IMG/VR virus record: IMGVR_UViG_3300046665_000306
Location: 1-64,000 of that record
Direction: 5' to 3' (one strand)
Length of the DNA: 64,000 nucleotides
Source: an uncultured virus (IMG/VR IMGVR_UViG_3300046665_000306)
Taxonomy: Duplodnaviria > Heunggongvirae > Uroviricota > Caudoviricetes
In this document: positions 43,944-53,601 of the stretch, piece after piece
How positions within the stretch are numbered: the first letter of the stretch is position 1
Layout of the letters: each line of letters starts with the position of its first letter
Translations under genes and position numbers: made by a program
Notes under the pieces: generated by a model
What the model saw: the letters and a program-made list of their open reading frames with translations, nothing else
Database searches by the model: none
What the model was told of the DNA's origin: nothing

Positions 43944-44597
43944 TTACTTAACCTCCACGTCTAGATAATCTTTATAGAAATCACTTAGCCTAGCCAAGTC
44001 ATCAGCTTCGTAGCGGTACGTCCTGCCGAGTAGGTCTGACCAATCCCAATCACTTTTACGACCAATGACAATGCCATTCTTTACGATACGTGTCGTGCCC
44101 TCTGTAACGAACTTGAGAATTCTGGCCGCAGCACCTTCAGGCGTGTCATCCGCGTAACGCCAATCCCCGCCGAAGAGGAAGGTCCACAACTCGGAGCCAA
44201 ATTTCATACCATAATTCTTTGCCGAGTATTCTTCCCAATTCATGTCACGTGTCATACTACCAATGCCGTGCCACGCCGCAGTGCCTAGGGCACAACATGA
44301 AGTGCCGCAGATATTCTTTTCTTCGCGAATCTTGGACAAGTGGATAGGATTTGAAACCGATCCGTGATAACCCAAAAATTCTTTAACCGTGTCGGGAAGT
44401 TGGTTATCATACCCATAATTTTCAAGAGGAACGATGGCATAGTTTGCCATACCAAATGCTGGTGGTGGTGAATTCCTGAGCGCAACAACCATGTCGAGCA
44501 AGTTTTCGATCCGCTTCAGCGAAGGACTAAAGCCGTCGTACTTGGAAGGTACGGTAAAAGTTATGCCACGATAGGTGTGAAGCTTTTTCTTCGTCAT
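43944..44597 (-). CDS. CGTSCCALG-motif protein (paralog of previous)
   Basis: same motifs. Confidence 0.8.
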   Translation of the reverse strand: MTKKKLHTYRGITFTVPSKYDGFSPSLKRIENLLDMVVALRNSPPPAFGMANYAIVPLENYGYDNQLPDTVKEFLGYHGSVSNPIHLSKIREEKNICGTSCCALGTAAWHGIGSMTRDMNWEEYSAKNYGMKFGSELWTFLFGGDWRYADDTPEGAAARILKFVTEGTTRIVKNGIVIGRKSDWDWSDLLGRTYRYEADDLARLSDFYKDYLDVEVK

Positions 44598-44662
44598 TCA
44601 AATCTCCTCTTAACAAATCATTACAGACGTTATAGCTTTATCTCTGGCCAGCGTCAATCACT

Positions 44663-44869
44663 TTAACAGAGCGCGTCATGAATTTCTTTGTGACCCGCCA
44701 GATAACCACCAATGTAACACGCCCTGTATTTATTAAAAATAACTTTAGCGTCTTCCGGCCCGCAACTCATGACAAGCTGTGAAAACAAATCTCCCCTGCT
44801 TAGCAGAGCGTTCATCTTTGGAACAAACACTTCGTCAAATTCTTTACCGATCTCGTCAACTGTTTTCAT
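44663..44869 (-). CDS. hypothetical protein
   Basis: 68-aa ORF in operon. Confidence 0.6.
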   Translation of the reverse strand: MKTVDEIGKEFDEVFVPKMNALLSRGDLFSQLVMSCGPEDAKVIFNKYRACYIGGYLAGHKEIHDALC

Positions 44870-45251
44870 GACGGTTCCCCTTCTCCACGTTACAGATGAA
44901 GCACATGGTTTGATAATTGTCGAGCCGGTTCGGCCCTCCCTTTGATTTCGGAACGATATGATCCTTGGTGATCATAACTTCTTCACCATCAGCGTTTTTG
45001 CCGTAAAGATTAAAGTGAAACCCTTGCGACATGGGCGTGACAGTGCCATCGGGACGGCGCTTAACGGTGCGCTCCATGGCGTAATACAAACCCTCTGTCC
45101 CACATGTGACGCAATACCGATTCTTGGCAAAGAGCTTGTACCGATCACTTCCGGTCTTAACCATCTCTCCGTCGAGCAGAACCTTTTCGTCATCACTTCT
45201 GATTAACGAAGTGATATGCTCGACGCTATACGTCCCGCGCCGTTCATACAT
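44856..45251 (-). CDS. HNH endonuclease
   Basis: CVTC..TKDHIVPKSKGG..NYQTMCFICNVEKG. Confidence 0.88.
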   Translation of the reverse strand: MYERRGTYSVEHITSLIRSDDEKVLLDGEMVKTGSDRYKLFAKNRYCVTCGTEGLYYAMERTVKRRPDGTVTPMSQGFHFNLYGKNADGEEVMITKDHIVPKSKGGPNRLDNYQTMCFICNVEKGNRHENS

Positions 45252-45540
45252 TCTCAGTAACTTCCTTATTATTCAAGAGCTTAGAAAACATCTCGGTACG
45301 AATTTCATCAAGCGGTTTGAAACATTTATGACTATAACCTGTTTTCACACCCTCATAATAAGTCCCAATTTCTTCAAACGTCAGAAATATTGCCTTTAAA
45401 TTTTGAGGCATTACACCGTATCTTATTGAATTTATGGTGTAAATTTTATTTAAAATAGGCACACTAACATCAAAAGATTCTTCAGGCGGAATCCCTTTGA
45501 CACATACAACTTTCTGCCCAATTGTGAATCGACATTCCAT
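45244..45540 (-). CDS. hypothetical protein
   Basis: FTIGQKVVCV; SD AAGGAG. Confidence 0.7.
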   Translation of the reverse strand: MECRFTIGQKVVCVKGIPPEESFDVSVPILNKIYTINSIRYGVMPQNLKAIFLTFEEIGTYYEGVKTGYSHKCFKPLDEIRTEMFSKLLNNKEVTENV

Positions 45541-45541
45541 G

Positions 45542-45754
45542 TTACCAATTAACTCCTTCCACCTCATCCCTGACCCACGCCTTGACATAAGCATTACTGT
45601 TCTGCAACGAGCATTCATCGAAAGCTGTGGCAGGATCATCGGTACGTAACGCGGGATACGGTCCAGATACGCCAGTTGCGCTCATTCGATCCACAATTTC
45701 AATGTACACGGTGTAGCGCTTGATGTGTTTCTCACCCGGTTTAAGCATCTGCAC
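45542..45754 (-). CDS. hypothetical protein
   Basis: ORF in operon. Confidence 0.55.
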   Translation of the reverse strand: MQMLKPGEKHIKRYTVYIEIVDRMSATGVSGPYPALRTDDPATAFDECSLQNSNAYVKAWVRDEVEGVNW

Positions 45755-45986
45755 CTCCTACAATATTTATAATTTTATCCGCCGCCATTTTTAATTCCGC
45801 CGTGGCCCGTCGCAGTCTTTCAAACCTCCAAGCCTCGCCTCTTGCGCTCCATATCATTGTCTTGATAATGTTAGGATCATTTTGCTTGATGCGCTTCGCA
45901 TAAGAAGTGGCTATGCTCTTATCGGCCCATGACCCGACATACACGATACCATTATCTAGTGTTACTTTCTCAACGATATAGGACAT
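45741..45986 (-). CDS. hypothetical protein
   Basis: SD GAGGAG. Confidence 0.65.
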   Translation of the reverse strand: MSYIVEKVTLDNGIVYVGSWADKSIATSYAKRIKQNDPNIIKTMIWSARGEAWRFERLRRATAELKMAADKIINIVGGADA

Positions 45987-46038
45987 GCCAAATCTCCTCT
46001 AAGTGATTTATTATGATCACTTTATATCAAGAAATGAC

Positions 46039-46497
46039 TTAGGTGTCAATCACGACATGCATAGTTTCTCGTTTTGAGGCTAACACGACACGCGTCTCAA
46101 TCTTCCCTCTATACCCATTTTCCCACGGCATCCCATGCTCATATCCGGCCATCAATTCGCACTGTTCCGCAATAAAGCGGGCGACTCGGAACGCATCATC
46201 AGGATTTTTAAACATCATTGTTTCAGTGGTATATCCGGTATACTGACCAGTCTGAGTCACGGTGTAATCCCTGAAAATCTCACGATGAGTCCAAATCACC
46301 ATGTCACGCTGATACGCTCTACGCTTTTCGCGGATACAACTAGCGGCAGTGTCTTTATGAATGAAAGCATAAGCTGCGATGGAACTAAACTTAATTCCAT
46401 CTTCAGGCTTGTTAAGCTCACTCGGATAGGTGGTTTGAACCAGAAAGGTGGTGAAAGAATCATCTTTAAGTTTCTCTGTGACACGCGGCTTAGCCAT
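46039..46497 (-). CDS. hypothetical protein
   Basis: SD GAGGAGG. Confidence 0.7.
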   Translation of the reverse strand: MAKPRVTEKLKDDSFTTFLVQTTYPSELNKPEDGIKFSSIAAYAFIHKDTAASCIREKRRAYQRDMVIWTHREIFRDYTVTQTGQYTGYTTETMMFKNPDDAFRVARFIAEQCELMAGYEHGMPWENGYRGKIETRVVLASKRETMHVVIDT

Positions 46498-46617
46498 AAT
46501 CCACCTCCTCTTCCTAGTAATACATGGCAACGGATATCACGCCAAGCCAAAACACAATATTAGCCACAATCACAATTGCTGCCGCAACTGGCGGCGGATT
46601 ATCTGTCATATTCATTA

Positions 46618-46896
46618 TTACTTTTCTCCCGTATCGGGTTTGAGTAGGATGGACAATATGTTGCCCATATTGGCTTGATGGTTGGCCAATTCCTCGTCTT
46701 GCGCCTCGCCAAATGTAGCTCTGACCCGCTCAGCCGCTGCAACGATTTCGTCGCAAATGCTATCCAACTCATGTGCAACTTTGACATTGCCTGTCATGTG
46801 AAAAGCGCTGGACAAACGATCTAGCCTTTCCGCGATGTGTTGCATATGATTGACATTGTCAAACACAGCGTCGAGATGTTGCTTAGATGCGGTCAT
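46618..46896 (-). CDS. hypothetical protein
   Basis: SD TAGGAG after leader hairpin 46915-46938. Confidence 0.7.
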   Translation of the reverse strand: MTASKQHLDAVFDNVNHMQHIAERLDRLSSAFHMTGNVKVAHELDSICDEIVAAAERVRATFGEAQDEELANHQANMGNILSILLKPDTGEK

Positions 46897-46991
46897 TTAA
46901 ATGTCTCCTATATTTTTTCTCGCACGTGCGAGAGGAAATGTTCCATTCCGTTAAATAACTTTTATTACATCTAAATCACTGTGTCAAATCT

Positions 46992-47333
46992 TTATTCACC
47001 CATCACGGTATTTTTTCTCACCTCGGAACAGCTGATAGTCACTTCGACATAGCGTTCCGTGTCTTTATCAAAATCACTACCATCCGGCAGATCGTCGGCG
47101 TAAAGTATTCTACCAATAAAGAGATTTGGTGTTTCAAAATCACCTTCTAACGGTCCTAGGATATTGACAGGAATGTGCTCATGAGTTTCAACCGCATGGG
47201 TCAAGGCCCTTTTCGCTCCTTCAATATTTTCAGGCATAGGCACTCTATCACCGAAATGGTATTCATATCCATTGACAGAGATAAAATATTGGTATTGCCA
47301 CTTCATAGGTGGAGTGTAATATATTGGTTCCAT
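46992..47333 (-). CDS. hypothetical protein
   Basis: SD GGGAGG. Confidence 0.7.
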   Translation of the reverse strand: MEPIYYTPPMKWQYQYFISVNGYEYHFGDRVPMPENIEGAKRALTHAVETHEHIPVNILGPLEGDFETPNLFIGRILYADDLPDGSDFDKDTERYVEVTISCSEVRKNTVMGE

Positions 47334-47338
47334 TTGTT

Positions 47339-47869
47339 TTACTTCCCTCCCTTGACCTGAAAGAATCCGCCATTGTCATCTTCCTGCACCACGATAATGC
47401 TCATATCGTTATTCACAACCGTTTCAGGGGCGTAGATCGCGTCTTCATTTGTTTCAGTGATTGTTACTGACACGGTTTGATCGTGAAGTCGGTAAAGCTT
47501 GGCGGGCTCGAACCAATCACTACTGCGGCCATCATCAGGCATAACACCTACTTGAAATTGTGACTTGCTCCAACCGATAGGATCACAGAAGAAACGCCCA
47601 ACGCCAAGAACAATAACTTCCCCAACTTCTGGACGCGAGGGATAAATACCTCGGGACAAGTCACCGACATGAGCACTACAGCGTGCCTCAATGATTTCGA
47701 CCACGATCTTGACACGGCGGAACGCCATCGCGTTCATACTACCTTCCCATGCCGCTTCGGGATAGGTGCCGTTACCGCTGTAGCCTGTCTTATCGAGCGT
47801 GAAACTACCATAGCGGTCGCTTCTCCGTTCCATTCCGTCCCAAGCGAAAATCCCTTTACCTGTAATCAT
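47339..47869 (-). CDS. hypothetical phage protein
   Basis: W..MERRSDRYG, S.HVGDL.RGI.P, LYRLHDQTV; SD AAAGGAG. Confidence 0.75.
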   Translation of the reverse strand: MITGKGIFAWDGMERRSDRYGSFTLDKTGYSGNGTYPEAAWEGSMNAMAFRRVKIVVEIIEARCSAHVGDLSRGIYPSRPEVGEVIVLGVGRFFCDPIGWSKSQFQVGVMPDDGRSSDWFEPAKLYRLHDQTVSVTITETNEDAIYAPETVVNNDMSIIVVQEDDNGGFFQVKGGK

Positions 47870-47932
47870 TTTAAATCTCCTTTATTGTCACTCTCTTCAG
47901 AGAGGGGCGATGTTAAATGCTTCTATGACCTT

Positions 47933-47961
47933 TTATTACAAATGTTTCAGACCGAAGTCAA
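47933..47961 (-). promoter_or_regulatory. TGTAA-class promoter
   Basis: TTGACT-17-TAATAA. Confidence 0.65.
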
Positions 47962-48021
47962 CCACATTTAAGCACATGTCAAAATCAATTAATTGATTTT
48001 AACATACCGTAGGATGATCAT

Positions 48022-48342
48022 TTAAATGATCATCATACACCAAGGGAAATAATTATTCACAATGACATAACCGCGCCGCTCATAATATTCTTTAAGTCTT
48101 GTTTCAAATACATTTTCGAGATAGAAAATGTGTTCCGGTTCGTATCGGTCCAGAAATTTTGTCAATGCCCCGCTACCGGGAACGTCAGCCGTTACGTTGG
48201 CCAGATCAACGGTATGGGTAACGCCGTCCCTTAGCCTAAACGTCTTCCTGACATAGATATTCAGTCCCGGCTCCCTGATCCACGCATTGGTGGGCCAAGT
48301 CATGGCGAGGAAATCTTCGAAACTTGGATATGCCTTAGTCAT
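48022..48342 (-). CDS. GNAT-like protein
   Basis: DLANV....PGSG.LT.FL...YLENV...L..YYERRGY. Confidence 0.55.
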   Translation of the reverse strand: MTKAYPSFEDFLAMTWPTNAWIREPGLNIYVRKTFRLRDGVTHTVDLANVTADVPGSGALTKFLDRYEPEHIFYLENVFETRLKEYYERRGYVIVNNYFPWCMMII

Positions 48343-48345
48343 GTC

Positions 48346-48588
48346 CTACCTACGAACCGTTTCAACAGTTTCGGAACTGTCGCACCACGACCCTCCACTA
48401 GTCCTCAATATGTCGATCAGATTCTCTTTCGTCACCTCGACCGTGACGCACTTATCAATGCTGACCATATCGAGCCAGTCCACTTCTTTCAAAGTATTCC
48501 GAGCCATGACACGTGCTTCACTTAGCGTGGTGGCGTAATCAGTTCCGTCCGCCGTTTCGATGGTGTAAATCGTAAAACCTTTAGCCAT
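48346..48588 (-). CDS. hypothetical protein
   Basis: SD AGGAGG after leader hairpin 48606-48630. Confidence 0.7.
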   Translation of the reverse strand: MAKGFTIYTIETADGTDYATTLSEARVMARNTLKEVDWLDMVSIDKCVTVEVTKENLIDILRTSGGSWCDSSETVETVRR

Positions 48589-48649
48589 TACGTGAGCCCT
48601 CCTATTTTCATCCCGCTCGCGGGAGGGAAATTATTGTTTCGATGACTTT

Positions 48650-48678
48650 TTATTACATCACGCCTGAAGCAGTGTCAA
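48650..48678 (-). promoter_or_regulatory. TGTAA-class promoter
   Basis: TTGACA-17-TAATAA. Confidence 0.65.
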
Positions 48679-48971
48679 TACCTTCGAATATGGCGATACA
48701 GACCCTTGATAAAAGGATCGACCTGAAGATTATCATCACGCCAATCGGTATATTTTCGACCATATTGCCTCGTCAGCACGCCATCGGCAAATATGTAGGA
48801 ACAGTCGCTCACGATTACTGCTCGCTCCCTACGGGGCCGCTTGTTGTGATACGGCTCGTTGTGAGGATTGGCGCGCTGATCCACACCCATTTCGTAACTG
48901 ATAGTGCCATCATCGATATTTGCTTTCGTGGCCCATTCATTTCTGAGCCGTTCAAAATCGTTTTCAATCAT
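48675..48971 (-). CDS. hypothetical protein
   Basis: SD AAGGAGG. Confidence 0.7.
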   Translation of the reverse strand: MIENDFERLRNEWATKANIDDGTISYEMGVDQRANPHNEPYHNKRPRRERAVIVSDCSYIFADGVLTRQYGRKYTDWRDDNLQVDPFIKGLYRHIRRY

Positions 48972-48972
48972 G

Positions 48973-49230
48973 TCAAACCTCCTTCACGAATGCTGGAACT
49001 ATCGTAATCTCGACAAAGTCTGCCAGTTCTGAATTGTATAACGAGACTACCGTGCCATTTTTTAGCACCGCGACAGGCTCAGAGCCGACCGTTCCCGGCT
49101 CAACGTAATTCGTTTTGACACCCGCAACCCTTAATGTCATGCTATAATCGAACGGGCTGCGCCAATAAAAGGAAGGAAGGTCTTTCCGCTTCACCCTTGC
49201 CCTGAAAAGTTCAATTTCTGGATCAGTCAT
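48973..49230 (-). CDS. hypothetical protein
   Basis: SD GGGAG. Confidence 0.65.
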   Translation of the reverse strand: MTDPEIELFRARVKRKDLPSFYWRSPFDYSMTLRVAGVKTNYVEPGTVGSEPVAVLKNGTVVSLYNSELADFVEITIVPAFVKEV

Positions 49231-49468
49231 TGTTAATCTCCCTCTTCCTCTTCGCGGATTGCAACTTTATAATAGCTCCTATCATTCTGATATTCTCGTT
49301 CAAAGTTTCAGGAACAGCGCCATATGTGAAATTGGCATACTCATTCAAATGGAACGCTGTTCCATCTTCATAGACCACACCATCACATATCCCATTTTCG
49401 AGACAATGAAGTCTGAAGGCTTGGATCTTTAATTCTTCGCCAAACTTGACGTGAAGTTCGTTACTCAT
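49223..49468 (-). CDS. hypothetical protein
   Basis: SD GGAGGAG. Confidence 0.65.
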   Translation of the reverse strand: MSNELHVKFGEELKIQAFRLHCLENGICDGVVYEDGTAFHLNEYANFTYGAVPETLNENIRMIGAIIKLQSAKRKREINND

Positions 49469-49779
49469 TGAATCTCCTCCAACTCTCTCACTCTGGCGAA
49501 CATTATTGTCCCTCGAAAAGTATCGAAAGCCTCACCGGTACGAATCAATATCCCGGTATCGGTGTCAAGATATGCCACCAATTCACCGTTTCTCTCACCA
49601 AACGAATCGATGATGAAGGATGAAGCCTTAGCGCCCCACGTCACCCGATCCCCTATCTTGAACACCTGAGACGCGGCATAGGCGGCATAGAGAGTGAGCG
49701 CTTCTTCCGGCGTGAGACGAATGTCTTCCTTATCCATCACGCCGAGATAGAGCTTATCGAGAATTTTATCAAGAGTCAT
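49465..49779 (-). CDS. hypothetical protein
   Basis: SD GGAGG; FKIGDRVTW. Confidence 0.7.
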   Translation of the reverse strand: MTLDKILDKLYLGVMDKEDIRLTPEEALTLYAAYAASQVFKIGDRVTWGAKASSFIIDSFGERNGELVAYLDTDTGILIRTGEAFDTFRGTIMFARVRELEEIQ

Positions 49780-49954
49780 GTCGTACCTCCACCCTGAACC
49801 AAGACCAACGCGAAACAGCTAGAACATGTTTCCCTGTACCACTGGTGATATAATAGGATACTTGCCTGCCATCTACAATATCCCTGAAACCATCTCTGAC
49901 ATAGGTCATGGGAAAGTATAAGTCTCTGACGTGGTCGATCATTTCTTTTCCTTT

Positions 49955-50260
49955 TTAAAAAATCTTGATCCAGCAAACCTTCTTGCCGTTGAACCGATTG
50001 TCGAGACTTGTATCACCCCATTCATAAAGCTCGTTCCAGACCAAATCGAAATCGTCAAAATCGGAGGTAGAGTCTTCCGACATGGACTCGAATTGATCCA
50101 CCAGTTCAAGCTTTTCGTTCTCAACGATGTGATCAGCGAAAGGCTTAAGGCGCTTAAGCCTTGTCGCAACCATACCGGCAAATGCAGGAACGGAAATTTC
50201 CCCATCGCTGACTTGGTCCCACACATCCGATACATCCAAAGTTCTCTGCCAATCAGTCAT
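49955..50260 (-). CDS. acidic hypothetical protein
   Basis: DFDLVWNELYEWGD; SD AAGGAG. Confidence 0.75.
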   Translation of the reverse strand: MTDWQRTLDVSDVWDQVSDGEISVPAFAGMVATRLKRLKPFADHIVENEKLELVDQFESMSEDSTSDFDDFDLVWNELYEWGDTSLDNRFNGKKVCWIKIF

Positions 50261-50302
50261 GACATAATCTCCTTGTGTTATTGTTTAATCTCTTATGACT
50301 TA

Positions 50303-50331
50303 TTCTTACAACTAAGCCATGACGGTGTCAA
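50303..50331 (-). promoter_or_regulatory. TGTAA-class promoter
   Basis: TTGACA-17-TAAGAA. Confidence 0.65.
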
Positions 50332-50344
50332 CAACTAAATTTAT

Positions 50345-50533
50345 TTAATCTTCAACAGGATCAGTTGCGCCCATTCTAGGAGGTATGATCCAGCAGCAAA
50401 ATGAAGGGCTATGGCCCATCGGATCATAACCTTCTTCATTATCAATGCTGATTCGATCCACTTTGGGATGGTATCTGACATAGAGAGTTTGATCAAGCTT
50501 GACCCAATACATGATGGAAACTTCAGTTGTCAT
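50345..50533 (-). CDS. hypothetical protein
   Basis: ATGA coupling. Confidence 0.6.
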   Translation of the reverse strand: MTTEVSIMYWVKLDQTLYVRYHPKVDRISIDNEEGYDPMGHSPSFCCWIIPPRMGATDPVED

Positions 50534-50736
50534 TTAACCTGTCTCCTAATCATGTTAAAATACTGTTCCGCCAGTTCTGGATCGAGAAACACTTTGGTTT
50601 CTGTTCCGGGTTTGACAACGACCCAAACCCGATCACCATTCAGTGTCGCATTATATAGATTGGTCATAACCCCAGCTGTATCTATCCCACAACTCCCGCC
50701 ATAATAATGCTGTTCCAATCTATGTTTCATCTGCAC
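50530..50736 (-). CDS. hypothetical protein
   Basis: ORF in operon; start may be 50730. Confidence 0.6.
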   Translation of the reverse strand: MQMKHRLEQHYYGGSCGIDTAGVMTNLYNATLNGDRVWVVVKPGTETKVFLDPELAEQYFNMIRRQVK

Positions 50737-50939
50737 GTCGCCGCTAGTGCCATTCTCAGGACTCGGTCGGTCCAGTCCTTACCTTCTTTGAATTCGAAGG
50801 CGTTAAGACTTTTATCAGCATCGTTGTAGAACGCTATCAGACTCCTGCGTCGGAGATGTATCACCGCGCGACGGCCATGACCTTTGGTAACGCCTGTGAC
50901 TGAGACTATGGCGTGATGTTCAACTGGTTCCGAATTCAT
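50727..50939 (-). CDS. hypothetical protein
   Basis: SD AAAGGAGG. Confidence 0.65.
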   Translation of the reverse strand: MNSEPVEHHAIVSVTGVTKGHGRRAVIHLRRRSLIAFYNDADKSLNAFEFKEGKDWTDRVLRMALAATCR

Positions 50940-50975
50940 GACTGGCCTCCTTTATAAAATCATTTGATGTATATT

Positions 50976-51004
50976 TTATTACATCTTATCTAAGGTAGAG
51001 TCAA
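50976..51004 (-). promoter_or_regulatory. TGTAA-class promoter
   Basis: TTGACT-17-TAATAA. Confidence 0.65.
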
Positions 51005-51179
51005 GAGATTTCACCAATCCCCGTCATTAAAATTCACCGTCACTTCGTCGCTAGTAATAGTCTCATCGTCCAGTAAAATCTCTACCCCGATGAGGCAATA
51101 ATCTTTACCGCTACCTTCCCTATTTATCTTAATCTTTAGGTTTTTGCGAAGATAATCTTCTATGATTCGCTGAACTAGT

Positions 51180-51398
51180 TTATTGTCCATGTCTAGCCCT
51201 TCCCTCCCTCGGTCTATCCAAACGCCTCGCCTTAACTACCACACCCTCAGCATTGCTTTTCTCCCAGCCCCACCAAAGGTTCTTGCTCAAGTCGATCCTC
51301 GAATCGCCTACAGTATTTTTAACTTGAACTATGGCGTGGTCAGGAAATGGTTGCCACTTCTGATACGGCATAACACTGTCAAATCTATTTAAAAACAT
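51180..51398 (-). CDS. hypothetical protein
   Basis: SD AAGGA. Confidence 0.6.
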   Translation of the reverse strand: MFLNRFDSVMPYQKWQPFPDHAIVQVKNTVGDSRIDLSKNLWWGWEKSNAEGVVVKARRLDRPREGRARHGQ

Positions 51399-51399
51399 G

Positions 51400-52098
51400 T
51401 TATTCCTTGTCCTCCTTAATTTGCAACGGTGTTGCACTATTTTCAGGCCCTTGCAGCGTATTGATTCCGGCCCTCGTAATGACATTCATCATATAGCCGT
51501 GAATCTCTTGCTTCCCCTTTTCGATGGTGTCTTCGACGTATTCACCGAACTGCTTCGCCGCGAATGGAATGTGATCATCGAGTCTCTTCCGAGCCGACCT
51601 GATCTTTGATGAAACTTCATCTGCCTTTTTCTTGGACAGACCAAGCCCATCCACAGCAGCCAGAGCTTCATCAAGGAAGCGAACCGTTTCGGCCAAGTCT
51701 TCGTCAACTTCCATCTTGACAAGCTTGGAGCGCTCCAACGAAGGAATGCCGGGAATTCTTTTCCCGCCATGTTGAGTCAAGGTGCAAGGCGTACCGTCGC
51801 CAATGTTAGGAGCGGAGACGAATGTGGCCCATTGAGACTCAGTCATTGCGACTTCGATATAGCTCTCACGGCCCATGTGCCAGTCTCGGTTCAAGCTGCG
51901 ATGAAATTCCGCTCCCTTGATCCGCACCACCATATAGTTATTGTGATGAAAGTCACTGCCGAATAGATTTGTATGACCAGAGACGCGACTAGCGCCGATC
52001 ATGGCGAATGCGGGATGAGACGTGATAGTTTCATCCGGGTTCCACGAGCTTTCACGAGTCTCAGGCATTGCTTCGTTCGCTCTAGGCTTGGCGTACAT
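51400..52098 (-). CDS. hypothetical phage protein
   Basis: HPAFAMIGASRVSG, LFGSD, SQWATFVS, GTPCTL; SD AAAGGAGG after hairpin 52116-52138. Confidence 0.8.
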   Translation of the reverse strand: MYAKPRANEAMPETRESSWNPDETITSHPAFAMIGASRVSGHTNLFGSDFHHNNYMVVRIKGAEFHRSLNRDWHMGRESYIEVAMTESQWATFVSAPNIGDGTPCTLTQHGGKRIPGIPSLERSKLVKMEVDEDLAETVRFLDEALAAVDGLGLSKKKADEVSSKIRSARKRLDDHIPFAAKQFGEYVEDTIEKGKQEIHGYMMNVITRAGINTLQGPENSATPLQIKEDKE

Positions 52099-52158
52099 CG
52101 TAACCTCCTTTATTGTCACTCGCACGTGCGAGGGGCGATTGTTTGTTTCTATGACTTT

Positions 52159-52187
52159 TTATTACAATCATTTTATATCCAAGTCAA
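52159..52187 (-). promoter_or_regulatory. TGTAA-class promoter
   Basis: TTGACT-17-TAATAA. Confidence 0.65.
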
Positions 52188-52543
52188 TCGCTTTCTTTAA
52201 CAGGCTTCAGAATAATTCTGTACTGCTGCAAATAACCTCTACCGTCGCGCATTTCTTCATACGACTCGATCCTATCACCGTACATCTCTGTGATTTTATC
52301 AGCGTCGATATAGCTCGTTTCGGTATAATTGTGATACACCACAGTTCCGCCTTCAGGCGTTTCGAGAAGATCGCTCAGACTGCGAGCCACGTCCCGGCTA
52401 ATCGCTGCGATATGAGCGTCATCGAAGCTGCCCCTATCTTTCCACTGCTTCAGGATTCGATAAACATCAGCTGGACTAATCTTCGCAACTTCGAATTCTT
52501 TCCATCGGGAAAGATCGCGATTCGGTTCTACCACTTCCATCAT
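52184..52543 (-). CDS. hypothetical protein
   Basis: SD AAAGGAG. Confidence 0.7.
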   Translation of the reverse strand: MMEVVEPNRDLSRWKEFEVAKISPADVYRILKQWKDRGSFDDAHIAAISRDVARSLSDLLETPEGGTVVYHNYTETSYIDADKITEMYGDRIESYEEMRDGRGYLQQYRIILKPVKESD

Positions 52544-52589
52544 GTCAAATCTCCTTTATGTAGGGCAATTACTACGTTTCGTTGACTTA

Positions 52590-52618
52590 TCCTTACATCG
52601 CCAAAGTTTTAGAGTCAA
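52590..52618 (-). promoter_or_regulatory. TGTAA-class promoter
   Basis: TTGACT-17-TAAGGA. Confidence 0.65.
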
Positions 52619-52632
52619 CAAATTAAATTAAC

Positions 52633-52821
52633 TTAGACCAATCTATTGTCATACGCCCCGCGCCATCCGTTCCACATCGATTCAAGGTATGGATTAAGAT
52701 ATACCATCCTCTTCCCGGTATAATCCGTGGTTGTTTCTAGATCGTATCCGATACGCCTGACCCATGCCTCAAACCTTTCCCTAACCAAAGCTTCTTGTTC
52801 GTGGTCAACCTTTTTTCGCAT
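52633..52821 (-). CDS. hypothetical protein
   Basis: RERFEAW...W.GW motif. Confidence 0.65.
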   Translation of the reverse strand: MRKKVDHEQEALVRERFEAWVRRIGYDLETTTDYTGKRMVYLNPYLESMWNGWRGAYDNRLV

Positions 52822-52959
52822 CTCGAACCCTCTCCTTCTTCACCCTGACATACCTGTTGAATTCCACGTTATGGCAAAAGAACCATAACGTGTTAGAGCC
52901 GTAGATTTCAAAAGGCTTGACGACCCAATTCGAACCGTCCCAAAGTTCTAACTGGACAA

Positions 52960-53433
52960 TCAATACGCAAACACCGTAACGCCGAACGTGATATCGTAAT
53001 CAACGTTATGACTGTCAAGCAGTGGCAGAAGATTTACTGCTTTCTCCCGCAACTCAGTGATAGCATTCTCTTTCACTTGATCAACATCAACGAATAGAAG
53101 TGTTTTACCCACATCTTCCCTATCGATATGCCTATTGTATGACGAATCATAATTAGGAATAACTAATTCATCTCCATAAGGAAATGTTGTAAACTTCTCG
53201 TCATCTTCGTAGCAGTCGTAACCGACATGATCCAAGATTGTGTCAACATCAGTCACTTTAAACGCCTTCGTCTTGAAATTTGACACAATCTCTGCTCCAC
53301 ACGTGGCGCAGAACTTAGTGTTACGCTCCGCGTTACAACCGGGGCAAATCTTCCGTTCCGTCGTCTTCATCATCTCTACCGGCTTATTGAATTTAATAAA
53401 AGCTCCGACATAGAATACAACATCAATGCTCAT
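52960..53433 (-). CDS. hypothetical protein with zinc ribbon
   Basis: CPGC......KFCATCG. Confidence 0.75.
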   Translation of the reverse strand: MSIDVVFYVGAFIKFNKPVEMMKTTERKICPGCNAERNTKFCATCGAEIVSNFKTKAFKVTDVDTILDHVGYDCYEDDEKFTTFPYGDELVIPNYDSSYNRHIDREDVGKTLLFVDVDQVKENAITELREKAVNLLPLLDSHNVDYDITFGVTVFAY

Positions 53434-53599
53434 TACTCGTCTCCTGTTCCAATCTTACCATCTCCCGCTGCCATCTCAAGATATAATAGCACAACGCGTC
53501 CCGGTTTTGACGAAACGTGAAGTCATCACCGCTAAACATGGCGGCATCAATTTGTTCCGCCGCGTCATTGAGATACGACATGTCAAACAGTTCACTCAT
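53423..53599 (-). CDS. hypothetical protein
   Basis: IDAAMFSGD motif. Confidence 0.6.
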   Translation of the reverse strand: MSELFDMSYLNDAAEQIDAAMFSGDDFTFRQNRDALCYYILRWQREMVRLEQETSNEH

Positions 53600-53601
53600 C
53601 T

